Shown here piece by piece: positions 48,861 to 63,492 of a DNA stretch of 64,000 bases. How positions within the stretch are numbered: position 1 is the stretch's first letter; each line of letters opens with the position of its first letter. Both the position numbers and the translations under genes were made by a program. The notes below the pieces were generated by a model. That model was not told the DNA's origin. It worked only from the letters and a program-made list of their open reading frames with translations, and ran no database searches. The DNA is from Antedon mediterranea (lineage: Eukaryota > Animalia > Echinodermata), in assembly GCF_964355755.1 (NCBI RefSeq), contig NC_092676.1:29654871-29718870 (forward strand), written 5' to 3'.

Positions 48861-51800
48861 ATCGATTTAAGCGCCGCACGTCGTGCCACTTATTCTTCAA
48901 GTTTTTAAATTTCTATTCTTTAGATAGGTTACACTTTTTGAAAAAGTGTGTAAAAATAATCTTGTTTCTGTTTTTCTACATCAAGTATATTATTATTGAT
49001 ATTGTGGCCATATTTAAGTCGTCTTTGAAGATTACAATTAAAAATAATAATGTATTATTAATGATTTTTAAAATTTGTCTGGCGCCCTCTTAACATGATA
49101 TATTTCTTAAAACGTACTTTCAAAATAAACCCTTACCCCATTTCAAAAATATAAATAAATACATTAAAAACTTTGCTGAAATGTTAATGATTCTTGTATA
49201 CACTTTAATTTAATACTTTTTTCATCTTATTTACTATAAACTTTGTAAGCCAATATTGGTCCAATTTTGATTTCAGTGAATGTCAATCTATCTCATTAGC
49301 AGACGACATTATAATGGGCGGGAAAGGTGTCTTACGTCTATGATGCATCGTAAGTGACCTTTGTAAATCTTGGTGACATGTGATATAACATTAATGTGGC
49401 AATCCAATTTATTCTGTGATTGGTTTTGAGTAGATCGATCCGATTTCACAGATCAATATTATAAATAATGATTATTTTAATCTTTAACGTGATTATATAT
49501 TTCCATATAAAGAAATAATTTGTAATATGAGGTATATTGATGGATTTGTATCGCACACTTATGTGTGTTGTCATTACACATTTAATTTGCATTTCAGACA
49601 TTTATTCTCAGGTAAGTTGGTTTATGGGTACGGTAATTATCGGTAATTTGTATAGTGGGTTGATCACCTAATAACTAAGGCTACACGCGACCTAAATATC
49701 GTAGAATTTGTATAGTCTGGGTTGATCATCACCAAATAACTGAGCCTAAATACAACCTAAATAGCGTCGAATTAATTACAGGAGCATACGTTACACTACT
49801 ATGTAATAAATAACACTAGCCTTGGCCTTATTATCATCGCCCACCACTCTTTACAAAAGGTTTACTCGATCGCACGCGCGTTCAATCTAATGACCACACG
49901 TTTATGTACCGGAGTTACGCAACCAGTGTCCCAGTTATTACCGTGTCTATTATCGGCTATGAACGCGCTGGTAATCGATCAGACTTTGTGGTCAAGAGGA
50001 ATGTTTGTATTTCGACAAACGATTATTACCGTCCAACTATACTGAATAATGTTATGACAAGCATTGATACGTGTGGATGCCATTCATAGAGGCTTTTAAA
50101 ATACCTTCGTATTAACATTGTATATAAAAAAAAATCGGAAACATTCGCTTGACTTATTGTTTATCCACCAATAGTTTATGGTTATTAAAACTGGGGCAAT
50201 AGCTTACGTGTTATTCTGACTGGACATACTTATAACAATAAAAACCAGGCAAGTGATATCAATCTTCCCAGATGATAAAAACGTTAATTAGCGATTTTAC
50301 GTGGTTGGTTCAGAGATGATTTGGATTTCCACTTTGTCATTTAAGGTTTGAAAATTTCAATACTCTGTCCGAGATGATTACTGTGTTATTTCTTATTTTT
50401 ACTTAAATGGCTAAGATACAAAGGTACGTGCGCGCACCACTCACGTACTTAAAAAACCCAATTATTACATTTTTTCTCTATTTTGAAGAATATTGTACAA
50501 AATAATTTAGTTTAGTAGATCTATAATACTGTAAGGCCTATTTATTATGGAAAGATGTGACGAAATGTTTTTTTATTCTTGAGGAAGTGTCGTTGGGAGA
50601 GAGATTACCAAATTCTGAATAGGATCATGAGACATCTTACATCTTTACATTCAATACCCCTTTAACCATCATTAAAATAACATTGATTATTATTGAAAAA
50701 TGCGCATAAATTGTATAGGATGAACCGAAAGCAATTCTACTCAACTTGATTTAATTAAACTAGGCATTCATTTTAATCTGAATATGATAGCAAAATAAAT
50801 TTAAAGCGACCCATTCATTTCGATATTGACACATGCGCACATTATAGTGCGTTACAACCACCAGAGTCACACTTATTCAAAATAAGAATGTTTATGAAAT
50901 GCATCCACCGCGCTTTCGTCGTGGCAACGTGACTGCGCGTAATTCAATCGCGCGCTTGTTGATAGCCAATTGCAGTCGTCAAAACTCTACCGCGTAGAGT
51001 AATGAGGTCCTTGCAAATTCACTCCGCCTCTTTAATCCGTTGAAGCGTTCCATATTTTGCAGCAACTTTGGATCGGAATAAGCGATATTTTTATGACGTA
51101 ACTTGATCAGAATGTTCTATTAAAAAGGAATATAACATATCGGTCGTGCTGGCTGTATTTTTTTCCAATTCTGTCAATTTGTTATAAGCTTTCTACTGAA
51201 CATAAACTCCGAAACACCAATGCACTTGATGGAACATTATTTCCCTCTCCTGGCCTCATCCTCTCCGTAACTTTAGTTTAGGCCTATGTTTTAGTATTTC
51301 TATTTTCAGATATTTTTGAATTATTAAATTGTGTTTATTGATTTTAATATCATCACAGCAGGTAAAATGTCAGAATATTCAATAAAATTCAAAATGAATT
51401 CTACTCTTTGATAATCCAGTTGTCACAGAAAAATATTAAAATGTAATTATCATAATATTTATTTTAATGAAAACTGTACTGTGTTTTGTCGCATCAATTT
51501 AACACTATGGACGATGGCCGGCTTTTAAGCTAATGAAATTGCTGAGTTTTCGTGTACTTTGATCATCACTAATGTAATGTTTGTATTAAACTAGAATCAA
51601 CTTTTATTTATCCCACACGGGGCAATCATGACAAGGTATGCATTACATCGTTAAAAAGTACAACAAACAACGATCACTGTCATTATAAACTGGCAACAGG
51701 TACAAATGGATTTCTTTGACGATTGGTTTTGTTTCAAACAGATACCTGTACATTATGTCGAGAATAGCTACGCGTCACGTATCGTATAAAAAAACGTTGT

Positions 51801-53884
51801 AATAATGTATGTATTTCTATTTAATGATGTTACTACTGTATTGCAGCAAAACAACAGATGTTTGTACATAATATTTCCATTTCTGTCTCTCTATTCTGAA
51901 TACGTTAGGATACCCAAAGGTCTCTGTGAATCTGAGGACCGATAAAAACATGAATAGCGCCATCATCAGTAATTTGCTATTGAGTTTTTAAAGTTCATTT
52001 GATTGTAATATAACTTGAAACAAAATTTCATCAAATAATTTTATATAATCTGGCCAAAAAATTTTAATAATTAATTTAGTTTAATTTAGATGACAAACTG
52101 ATAGCAAGAAGAAACGCGCGACACACAAAGTTGTACGTGCGCGTAGCCCATAAGTAGATTTAATTTAACGTATAAACGCGCCTGTAATATATGATGCGTA
52201 TATTCGTGGCGTGGAGTTTGTGAATAAAACATTCTTTTTTTTTACAATTATCAATCAATATTTATTGTATAAAAACAAACATTCAAATGCGTTATGATGT
52301 TATGAAAGGTCTCTATGCCTAGTCCTACTTTCTAAACAAAATTACGTCCGCTCGTCAGAAGTGTACCGCGCGCGTGCGGCGGCACACGTTTATTGTCCAT
52401 GTGTCTTACGTTCGCTTACCGCGTTCCGTGGATAATAATTATATCTCCTAAGTCGTTATTTCTTCGTTTTATTACTGTGAATGTTCTATGAATCTTGATA
52501 TGACACGTTTTTGTGATGAGACCGACACTCTTGTAACTGTTCATTATGTAACATTCGAATGGTAAACCGATATTCTTTATCTAACTGAATGATTTCAGAG
52601 GAGCATCATTAACAAAACAATATGCCATTGTAACTCTTTTTAGTTTAAGAACGCCATGTACCACCAAAGCAACATTGGCCATGAATCTTTTGTTAAATAG
52701 CATGAACAATAGTACTAGCATTGTTTGATTTATTCAGCATTATATCGCGAAATCAAATTTACGAATGGGAAAAACAAATCTTAAATGCATAGCCTAATTT
52801 ACAATATTCATCAATCTGTTTGTAAGTGTGTCGTCTTCGTTCTCTAACCCTCTAGGGTTAAGTTGCTACAGACATTAAGGATCACTTGAGTTTTTCAATG
52901 CTAACTATTATACTGTTTATTGAGATACAGTTTAAGATATTTACCAATGTCTCGAGGAAACATGTATAGATATTTACTTTGTCTTATTGTAGTACAATAT
53001 TCTCAATGATTGACCTTGTCAATTTAAGTCATTGTTCCGACTGAAATAAATGCTAAAGACGGATGATAATAGCATTAGATGGCTATATTTATCTCCATGG
53101 AAACGACGCAAAACCGAATATTAAGTACTATTATTTGAAAGCGAGTATGTTGTGTTTAATGAAGTAACGACGTATTGCGATTTCCGTCAAAATAATGTGT
53201 GTGTGTTACTACTAGCGATAGTTTTTGTGAATTTACATATCTGTACTTAATTAAAATATTGTTAGATGACATCATGCGTTACGCGTGTCACGTGATATAA
53301 CTTGTAATGTTATTGTTTCAAGTAGTGTGATAGCATTCATTGCACGCACACACAATCACCATGGATTCATTTCGCGACTCTAGCCTCGCTTTAAAACTAA
53401 ACCTACAAGGAAGAAGTGAAGACACATAAAATGTCGACAATTAATATTAATATTTTTGATGATATTCGTTTGGGAGGGTCAAATAAAGGCTGATGCGGGC
53501 TAATAAAAAGTAAGATATTATTAAGCGTTATATATTTGTGTTATGGAGTAAAAATCGACGGATTAGGAATCACCTAGGGCTGTTGGCTGCTCATCACACA
53601 GGGATGCTAGATTGTGGTTCCGCTTATTGACTCTTCTCTCGTATTATTTTCTCAGGTAGAACGCAGTAGTGAGGATGACTATCAGTTGAGGTATTCATAT
53701 TGGATCAGGTATCATAGAAAAAACCTTTCGCCTATCACTGGCCATTGGAAACTGATTACACCGTGGACGATTTTCTCTTTCCACGAACTGAGATTAATGT
53801 AACGGAGTGAAATAAGTTGTCGGCAGCAGCCTCTTTGTAAAGCCTGCTGCGGTGCGTCGTTTTTGTGTTGACACTTTCTCATTC

Positions 53885-53990
53885 ATGGACTTGTATCAAA
53901 CCAAGATGGATATTAATTTTGTATCAAGAATTTTAGTGTTCCTTGAATTGTTATCCGTTTTTAAAGGAAATGGGGAAGTTATCAAAATAG
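53885..53990 (+). CDS. Probable first coding exon of a secreted/membrane receptor gene (ionotropic glutamate receptor-like); remainder not identified
   Basis: ATG at 53885 (or 53906) gives MDLYQTKMDINFVSRILVFLELLSVFKGNGEVIKI-G: hydrophobic signal-like stretch, then a strong phase-1 donor AG|GTGAGT; upstream acceptor ttttctcag at 53655. Confidence 0.45.
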
Positions 53991-56134
53991 GTGAGTTGTT
54001 GAGCACAATTTTCTTTTTTAGTCAGTTGCATCATGTCACGACAGTGTGCGTTCAATTGCTGATGTTTCCATAACATGTTTTACACGTGCGCCAACTTGCA
54101 CGCTTCAATGACGAGGCAAACAATGTTATATAATACTGACGTAATTTATGCTGAAAATTATCGTTACGGAAATCGTAAGGCCTATAAGTTATAGTAAATA
54201 TAAAATTGCATACCTCCTCCTTGTTATTCTTCTTGTTACTATGTAGACCATCATATTTTGGTTGTTGTTTTGTTGTGCCTATAAATATAATACAATTAAT
54301 ATAAATTGTTCATGTATATTTCAACGGTCGATTAACTGTGATGCTGATGTCAATCACTTGTACCATAGTTATTACCATTTACATAATAACATATATTTGT
54401 GGCCTATTATGAAGGTAACATATTGCACACATAGGCGACAGAATTAGATACGTACGTCCTTGCGTGTATGCATATACTATATTAATATGCATGGAGACAA
54501 GAACATGCAGCAGACTACTGTTGAATATCATGCATTATGTAATATTGTGATAAAAGCCAATTATAATTGTATTAGGATTTCGTTTAGGAAAGATCCGATA
54601 ATGACAATACATAATATGGCGAGGAAATAATGCGAGTGGGCAGAATCATGGTTAAAACCAGGGAATATTTTTCATCTTCTTCCCAATTCAAGAGAAATGT
54701 AACTGTCCGGTTTGTTCGGACAAAATCGGAGCTACGCGTACATTATTGATTCGCATACGGAATCACCTTGTGCTATCCTTTAGCACTATACCAATCATAA
54801 CGATAAGGTTTGATGCAAAACCTCTAAAAGTTGAGGGTTATGTGGAAGCTGGAACGTTATTTCAAAACGTAACCTAAAGTTGCTAGACTCCTCTTGATAT
54901 CAATGATTGCAATCATTCTTAACTGAAATAGCACGCGTTTGTTTTATTTGATAAAAAAACAATGTATCAAGAACGCACGCGTATTTAAAAACCTATCAGC
55001 GTTTGGACACGCGTTAAAGTGTGTATATCTTGATGATCCATAACTCATTGATATACTGTGATAAAATTATTGTAAAAATAGACCTTATATAAATTCTTAC
55101 ACTGTGGAAAGCGTTAACTTGATATAGTCTGTCATTTTTACAGATGTATAACATGTTAATATCATCAGTATGTAACGAATATTATGATGACTATAAGTAT
55201 TAATTGATGCATTCATGCGATTTAGTAGAGCACGTGGCTACTAATTTACAAGCATTGAATCTTGCTACCTGTACTAGTTGTATGTTACGTCAATGTATGT
55301 ACATATTGTCAAAATATACGACCACAATATTATCCGTGTAATAATAATATAGCACTATTCCCTTGGTAGTAATAGTATCGCAAAGTAGACGCGCATGTAT
55401 TTATTACGCGTTTGACGCGCGTGTGCAAACACAGCTATCCACGCTACTAAGTGACCAGTGCATATGGTTACTAGTCACTTGTGAACTATTACTGGTAATA
55501 TATACTGTATAACAATACAGCATTTCATTGAATTGAATACATACATACTATATTACAGTGGGTTTAATTAAATATTAATTAGTTAATTGTCTACGTTATT
55601 ATAATGATAAGTATTTGTAATTACGACGACTAGGCCTATTGTTGTATTATAAAACAATATGAAGCAGAAAGTCTGCTACGTAATTAACTCCTTGCCTAAG
55701 AAAAATTAAATATGTGCTTAAAGCGTTTTCGGAAATAAAATACTTTTCTTTAACTTCCACGTGTTCTTTCTAAAAGATATACCTTAAAATCTACTTACTA
55801 GTGTTGTATTTTTAAGTATATTACCAGGATCATATGTGGTATTATAAGTAAATTCTATCCTGACTTAAGTATCTAAAACTGCTCGTGTTACTACAACTAA
55901 CGTGTTATTTTTCTCAAAATAATGACATATCAAGGCATTTGATTGTAACTGTATCTTGTGATGTAACATGCAGAGGAAATATTTGAAAGAAATCTTCTTT
56001 GTTATGTAACCGATACAAATGAGAATACAGATTTAATAAGTACAGTACATGTTAATAAGCAGAAAAAAACATTGAGTGATACGCTAATTACCATAATTTT
56101 AATACAATTGACTAATGGATTTTGTTGTATAATG

Positions 56135-56980
56135 CATTTATTCATTCATTTATTTACACAAAGCAAAATTCAAAATATGTTGACAAAATATGAATCTATT
56201 TTTTATTTTATTTTATATATTTAGGCAAATTGCCAAGGATAACCATAAGCAAATTCAATCACTATCCTTCTTAAAGGTGGCAATCCGTTCACGAGACAAA
56301 CATATACACACAATGCTCTACATAAACAAAGTCTTTATTACAAGTCTTTGGGAGTGGAGTTGTAAATTGTCATTAGAAAAAATCCTGACATATGACAGGA
56401 CTTGAACCCAGGACCCTTGGATTGGCAGCCAAGCATCATAACGACCAGGCCACAACTCCACTCCCCATTGGATTGGCAGCCAAGTAGTTAATAGTTAATG
56501 CCTTGTATCTGGAGAAACTCAAATAAGCTTTAAGACAGGTTCCACCAGGAAAGAAGTTGTTATAATATAATAATAATAATATATATAATATAATAATACA
56601 GTTTGGATCAATGTTCATCGACAGAGACAAACAGGGTAACAGACGGTACATACACAACGCAAGAGACCAAGTATGGGACGAAGACAAGACAAACAAACAA
56701 ATAAATAAGGGTAAAAGAGGTGTTTGAAATAGGTCAAAATTTGGGTGAAATATTAGGTTTGTTTGTATTTAGATATTAGGTATTTTTTGTATTTTGGTTT
56801 AAATGTGATGAAACTATGATCAAATAAAGACTTGTTAAGGGAGTTCCATAGTAAGGGGCCTGTGTGGATGATTGAATTTCGGGAAGAGTTTCGATTTAGG
56901 TTAGATTGAACGTACTTGTTTGAATTTCGGGTATTATATTTGTGAAGCTCGTTATTAAAAAAAAAAAATCTTTTATGCAT
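56135..56980 (-). mobile_element. 3' fragment of L2/Crack-like LINE
   Basis: HKYNTR..SIIHTGPLLWNSL..FK.KYKKYLISKY is similar to the ORF end at 32672-32932; (tgaa)n-type tail near 56140. Confidence 0.7.
56330..56460 (-). mobile_element. tRNA(Gly-GCC)-derived SINE
   Basis: Minus strand ggagttgtggcctggtcgttatgatgcttggctGCCaatccaagggtcctGGGTTCAAGTCCtgtca: A box, anticodon arm and B box, but no acceptor stem. Confidence 0.6.
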
Positions 56981-58937
56981 TTAGTTGTAACTGACACATT
57001 TTGGCGCCAATGTTACGTTAATTTTGGAGCCAATACAAATCTTTGTTTGACGCGTACAAGATGTCGGGGTGTACTATTTTGTTTGCAGTGGGTGACTTGG
57101 TGAGTAGTAGAGGAAGGGTGAATGATACGCTTGTTCATATCAAGTTCTATCATATTAGGCAAACGCATATACAACTACGCGCGTTGTTTTTGATGTATCG
57201 CGTATTGTGATTGGCTGTTTCTTTTCGATATGTTTTTGACCTATAACATAGTCTGATGCTGCAGGCACATGTCTGTTAGGAAGGTGTATGCATTTCAAAC
57301 GTATTTGTTATTATATGTACATTATCATAATAATTTGTATGCCGTTAACTTGACCTAGTATTATGATAGCGACGATCACAGTTTCCTTATTCGTCGTCAT
57401 AAAAGGTTTCTTCAATTATGTATCGACTCGTCTACTGGCGCCCTTCTCCGAGTGTTGTCGGAGTCGGGTACTCATTTTAATTATTGATCACAGAAAAAAA
57501 CTTTCTTCTAAATTGATCTCTTTTTATTTTCTATCTAAATCTAAAATTTTGGGTATTTTTTAGAATATTTGCAACAGTAACATACCTCGCTATTATTAAT
57601 ATATTGTAATGTTCCACAAAATGTCATGTCAAGCCGCATTTTGTAATTAAAATAAATATTATATGATAACAGAAAGAAGCATGTAGTCACGTAACGATGC
57701 TGCAACGTATGTAATACAAGTTGGTTGAATGTGGTCAATATTGATGTTATTATTGCTTTTGTACCCATTCATCGTTAGTGAAACACATACCATTATCAGA
57801 GTATGTACGCGCACGCGCACGAAAAATATCTTCTGATTGGCATCTTTTATTTTGGATCCACTGATCAGGTAAAATGTAATTCACCTTTGCTTCACTGTAT
57901 GACGTATTATACTATACAACATATCTTTTTGAAACACAGAAGATGCTCCATTATCATAGTGTGTACGCGCGCGTAACTTTTATCACGAAAGACATCTTCT
58001 ATTTTTACACACATTGTTAAATTCAACATTATAAACTGAAAATCAAACTTATTGCGAGATAATATAAATATAAATAATTATGATAGTTGAGATACGTCAT
58101 TCACATCTTAATGTACGGTTACCGTCCTAAAGCGTATTCCCTTCCCTCCTCTCTGAATTAGATATTGTGAAGGTTGAAGTTCCCATTTTTATTATACCCA
58201 GACTACTTTTTGGCGTCTTCATCTCAAGTTATTATTATCTAATAATTATGGTGTTACACAGAATTATGCCAAATTAGACGGATTATTGTTGGAATTCGAC
58301 ATAATAGTTGTTTATCAATGTCCCCTTGATACAATGAAGACGAAGACGACGTTCATTCACCCGTCAGCAGGATTGTGTTACGAATGTATCGATTGTCATT
58401 TAAGCCAAAGTATCTTCGATTTCCCCCACAAAATCAAGTTCAAGGTATTCACAACTCGATAAGCTAATGGAATCATTTTAGCTAATGTTCCAGGTATATT
58501 ACACCTCATGACAATTGATGTCATTGGTCATTATTCGAGATATATTACACCTCATGACAATAATATGTCATTGGTCACTATTCTTTTGTAGAAAATGTGA
58601 AAGAGGATATTGCAGATATTCCCCTTACTGGTATCTCTAAAGAATTTGACCACTAGATTACGTCACGAAATGTAATTGTGTACGATAGTTCTTTACAGCA
58701 TAGATAATATAATAAATACGGACATCAATGTATTGTGTTCATTGCCGGTTAATGTTGGTGTTAGAAGGCATTCACAAACACAAATCTTTGCTTTTAGATA
58801 TAGTTGTTAATAATTGTATTTAGATTATGAGGCTTAGGTCGATTTAGTCACATGCGTTGTAGTTCATCTCAAAAGTACACTTTAGATTAACAAAAATTAG
58901 TGATGGTGCTAGCTGCATTGCGGACACAACCAAAACT

Positions 58938-59138
58938 CCTACTACTACAACCACCAACACCACCACCACAACCAGTACCAACACAACCAGTACCAACACC
59001 ACTACCACTACCACCACCACCACCACCACCACAACCAGTACCAACACAACCAGTACCAACACCACTACCACCACCACCACAACCAGTACCAACACCACTA
59101 CCACCACCACCACAACCAGTACCAACACCACCAACAAC
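58938..59138. repeat. (ACC/ACA)-rich compound microsatellite
   Basis: accaccaccacaaccagtaccaac units repeated. Confidence 0.85.
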
Positions 59139-59929
59139 ATTGACATTATCTTATCATGGAATAATGGTCTGATGTTGCCTACCAATTTACGCACCACCAA
59201 CATCAGTAACACTAATACCATTTTTTTTTCTCTTTTGTGGCGTTAACCACTATTTATTCATTTCATTTCATCAACAAATTAATACAATTATTTCTAATAA
59301 TAATAATAACTATTCATTGTTATTCTTACTTTTGTTTGGTTTATATATATATTATATATATATATATATTTTTTTTTTATTTTATCAACGTTACTGTTCT
59401 TGGAATCAGAGCATTATTTCTTTTCTGTTATCCACCTTTTTTCATAATTTTCTAGTATTTTTTTTGTTCTATAATTCTCAACATCTAAAATTGTGAACAC
59501 TTAACTAATAAATGTACTGTAGGAGATACATTTACTAATGTTGTATAGTTATTTTCGGTAGTATTTTTGACATATAATTCATTTATACCCTATATACAGA
59601 TTATATACATTATTTTAAAATACGAATATAAAAAAAAAAACACAGTAATACCATTGACCATATCATCACAAAACATCTATAATAGCAATTATAAACACGT
59701 CACGATGAGGATAGAGATGATGGCGGATGCACAGCCGTCCTTTCTATAGACTGACTCATTATTAACTGATAATTAATCGCATTTAATCCTCACCGGGTTA
59801 TTAATATTATGCCAATTAACATACTTTAGGTACTCAAGGCAAACATTATATGAATGACTAGAAAATGATCATCGTTTAATTGTATCTACGAATAATATTA
59901 TAGGAGCATGATTCGCGCAGCGTGTGTTA

Positions 59930-60134
59930 ACTGACCAATGGCATGGTTACTATGATGCAGTGCAATGGCGTACGCGCAACGCAATGGCGTACACGCAACG
60001 CAATGGCGTACATGCAACTTAATCGAGTTGACCAATCAGAAGCAACAGTTACGATTATGATCCAAGTGATTGGTCAAATTACTGGCGTTGCGCTTATGTT
60101 CTTTGGTTGCGTCCTAATACTGAGAACCAAGCTT
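59930..60134. mobile_element. MITE family B, diverged copy
   Basis: acgcaacgcaatggcgtac repeats, ttgaccaatca / tgattggtcaa, end gagaaccaagctttaa. Confidence 0.6.
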
Positions 60135-61789
60135 TAATACTGTAACTATCGTTAAGTTTCTCCTGTTGATTTGTTGATAAAATCCTTCAAATTATAATCT
60201 TTTTAAATATTTTACATTCCAACTTTCCATTTAGGTGAAATAATATTTAAAGAGACGTTATTGATTTATATTTTGCTCCTAAATTATATTCCTGCACGAA
60301 TGTTAATGCATATTTTAAGATCACCTGAGCCGGCTACAGATATTTTATTGGAACCGTGAAAATATTATAAGTCGTAATGTGTTTTTCTATAGCAATATAA
60401 ATATATGAAATCGAATAGCCATTCCGGCGGGCGTTGTAGTCTATAACACTGCAGATATCATCACCACCACCCATAGGTCGGATGGGGTCAGTATGCGAAC
60501 TTAGATGCAAAGTATGCGTTGTAACTTAAGTAAACACGCGTGTAGCCACTTATTTCACAGCGCGTGGGATGTCAAACTCACATGCTGCCACGCGCCTCCT
60601 GAAATAGTGCGCGAACCCCTCGTGTTTGTTTTCTTCGTTTCAGACGATCGGTATTTATAAACGTTTTTATTTGTTCTGACAGTAGTGATATTAGAGGAAT
60701 CTGGCTCCAATGTATGTGCTCAATTTATAACAACTGTCACTTTAAAAACGAAAAGAGAATATAAACGAACTGTCGACGAATAATTAGATGCCTCGAGTTC
60801 CATCTACAATGGTTTACATAAAAAGTGGCAATGAAGAAGTCAGCAGACGCAATATTAGACATTTGTTTTCAGAAGGGAAATGTTTCAGTGTGCTATCCTG
60901 TGCCTTTTACATTAGACAGGGCCAAAATTTAGACATTCATTTAAAAAGCTACTAAATGAATAATCTGGGAACTTGGTAAACAACTAACGCAGTACATTTA
61001 CACGCGCGTGTTGAAAATGGTACCGCTTTTGTGCGTGCGTGCGCGTAACTTTATTTCAATTCGTCACGTGTCATCACCGGCCCTGGCAATAGATCTGAGT
61101 ACTATGTAGATAAAGCAGTACCCTGTAGAAGAGCATTTAGTACAGGCTATATGTGACATTTATCCTATGTAACCTTGAAAAAATTCTAATAAAAGGTCTT
61201 TTGGTATTTTCTTGTAGCTTTAGGTGTGAATAAATACCAAAAAATTTTTGCAGCCTTCTAGTTGCTGCGTTAGTGAGATATTGAGGGTCAAAGGTCAGTG
61301 ACCTTTTTGTGGCATTTGATGGCTCATAACTCCTCAATACCTGGGTTTAAAAAGACAACTGTGGTGTCTACATCTATGTTTTAGTGGTCAAACAACAAAA
61401 TAAAGTTTTTGCAAATTTCGGGTTACTTGTGCCATTGGTCAGATAGTCGGGTCAAAGGTCATTGACCTTTATTCATTAATAACTACTACTAGTTTAGGAC
61501 CTGGGTAAGATTTGTATGCATTCAATTTAGGAGAGAATATCTCAACTGTTATAGGATAATTAGACCCCAAGGAACAACATGGGATATGTGCCAAATTCGT
61601 TATCGGGGGCGAACATGCTCAAAATCGGGGTCAAAGGTTAGACATGTGTGGTTCTTATATCTCGACAACCAAATCATACAGATTTGCTTTTGGTGTCAAA
61701 TTGTTCAGAAAATACATATTTATATTCAGTCTAACACAACGTTTACCCCAAAAAATGACCGGAATGCTTTTACTGACCTTTGACCAAAC

Positions 61790-63492
61790 TTACTTACTTA
61801 ATGTCATCCCACTATTAATTTAAGTGGGTGCCATGATAATTTGTCTCCACACATCTCTATCAAGCATGCTCTTTCTCAGTTCACTCAGGTCTAGTTTGGT
61901 ATCTTTCAACAGAATGTCGAGCGAAGTCAGTTGAGGTCTTCCAACTTTCCTTTTCTCTTCTGGTTCCCAAAGGAGAACTCTTGAGGCAGGCTCAGAGCTT
62001 CTCATAACATGACCGGCAAGGCCCATGCGACGTCTTTGAATGATGGTCGTAAGACGGGGAAGGTTGGCATATAGTGTCTTGTTGGTGGCGTGTGAGGACC
62101 ATGGGATGTTTTGGACTTTCCTCAGCATGCGGGTGTATGCTCCATCCAATGATTTTGAGAGCGATGAAGTAAGACTCCATGTCTCACAGCCGTAAAGAAG
62201 AATGGCTTCAACTGTTGACTTAAAGAGGCGGATTTTTGTGGACTTGTTGATACGAGATGCCCATATTTTTGAAAGACTGTTCAGCGCACCCCATGCTTGA
62301 CCAAGTCGTGCTTCGACATCATGGTTAGTGGATGAACAGTAGCTTCCGAGGTATTGAAATCCTCTACTTGTTCTATTGCTGATCCATCCAGTGCGAGAGT
62401 TATAGAAGGTGATGAGGGGTTTAAATGTATGAATTGGGTCTTTTTGATGTTTAAGTATAAACCTATAGCTTGTGTGGCTTGTTGAATTCTGTGCAGTAGA
62501 TTTTTGGCAGCATGTATGGAATCTTCAAGAATGGCGATGTCATCGGCAAAGTCCAGGTCTGGTAGTACTTCAGCTGGATGTCTTCTACTACGGCGGAGGG
62601 TGAGACCGTCTGATGATGTAGTTGCTGATCGCACTACATAGTCAAGGCAGACAATAAACAAGAATGGAGCAAGAGGGTCTCCTTGAACTACGCCAGAGTC
62701 GATGTTGAAGCAATCAGTCTCACCATCTGGAGTCAGGACAACTGCTGATGTATTGATATACATTACTCTGATGGCTTCTACAATTTTATGAGGGATGCCG
62801 TATGCTAAGAGGATCTTCATCATGATGTTGCGATTGATGGAATCGAAGGCTTTGCGAAAGTCAATAAAGATAATGACTGCCTCTTTGTGATGGTTCTTAA
62901 CCTCTTCAACAATTCTCCTCAGTGCAAGAATGTGCGTAGTTGTTGATCGTGCCTGACGAAAGCCATTCTGGTTGGGGCGTAAAACTTCATTAATCACAGG
63001 ACGTATCCTATTTAAAATCAGGCGATTGTAGATCTTTGCAGCCAATTGTGATAATGAAATACCCCTGTAGTTATCTGGTTTTGAAAGATCACCTTTTTTC
63101 GGGATATGAACCAAATTCCCCATTCTGATGGCCTGTTTCCATCAAGAATTTGATTGCAGAAAGAAGTGAGAGCTTTCTGGGTGCCAGGTAATTTCCATAT
63201 TTCGATGGGAAGACCTTCAAGACCAGGTGCTTTGCCAGATTTCATCTGTTTGCAGGCAATTGACACCTCAGCCTCGGAGCACCTCTCGGAGCTTATCTGG
63301 TGGTTAAGTTGAAGATTTTGACGATATCCATGTCATCTACCACTGAAGTCTCTACCGATAGTAGTTTGTGGAAGTGAGTTTTCCATGCTAGAAGACGATC
63401 CTCTCCCATGATGCAGGCACTTTGAGATCTCTTCCCTGAGAGTTGTTTGACAAGTTGCCATGCTGGCCATCTTAAGCTGTTGGCCGATGCTG
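61790..63492 (-). mobile_element. 5'-truncated, frameshifted RTE-clade LINE
   Basis: GKAPGLEG, PKKGDLSKPDNYRGISL, QNGFR, FIDFRKAFDSI, GVVQGDPLAPFLF, LDFADDI, RRRMGLAGHVMR, RKVGRP and DRDVWR; (TAAG)n 3' tail at ~61790-61801. Confidence 0.93.

Noticed and set aside
49904-50089. ORF ending ..IDTCGCHS resembling a TGF-beta C-terminus
   Set aside because: Lacks the other cystine-knot cysteines and a supporting exon structure; likely chance
56393-56459. tRNA-Gly gene
   Set aside because: Acceptor stem does not pair and a SINE-like body follows
58844-59221. Pro-rich and Val-rich ORFs
   Set aside because: Translations of an (ACC)n-type microsatellite; no clear splice sites
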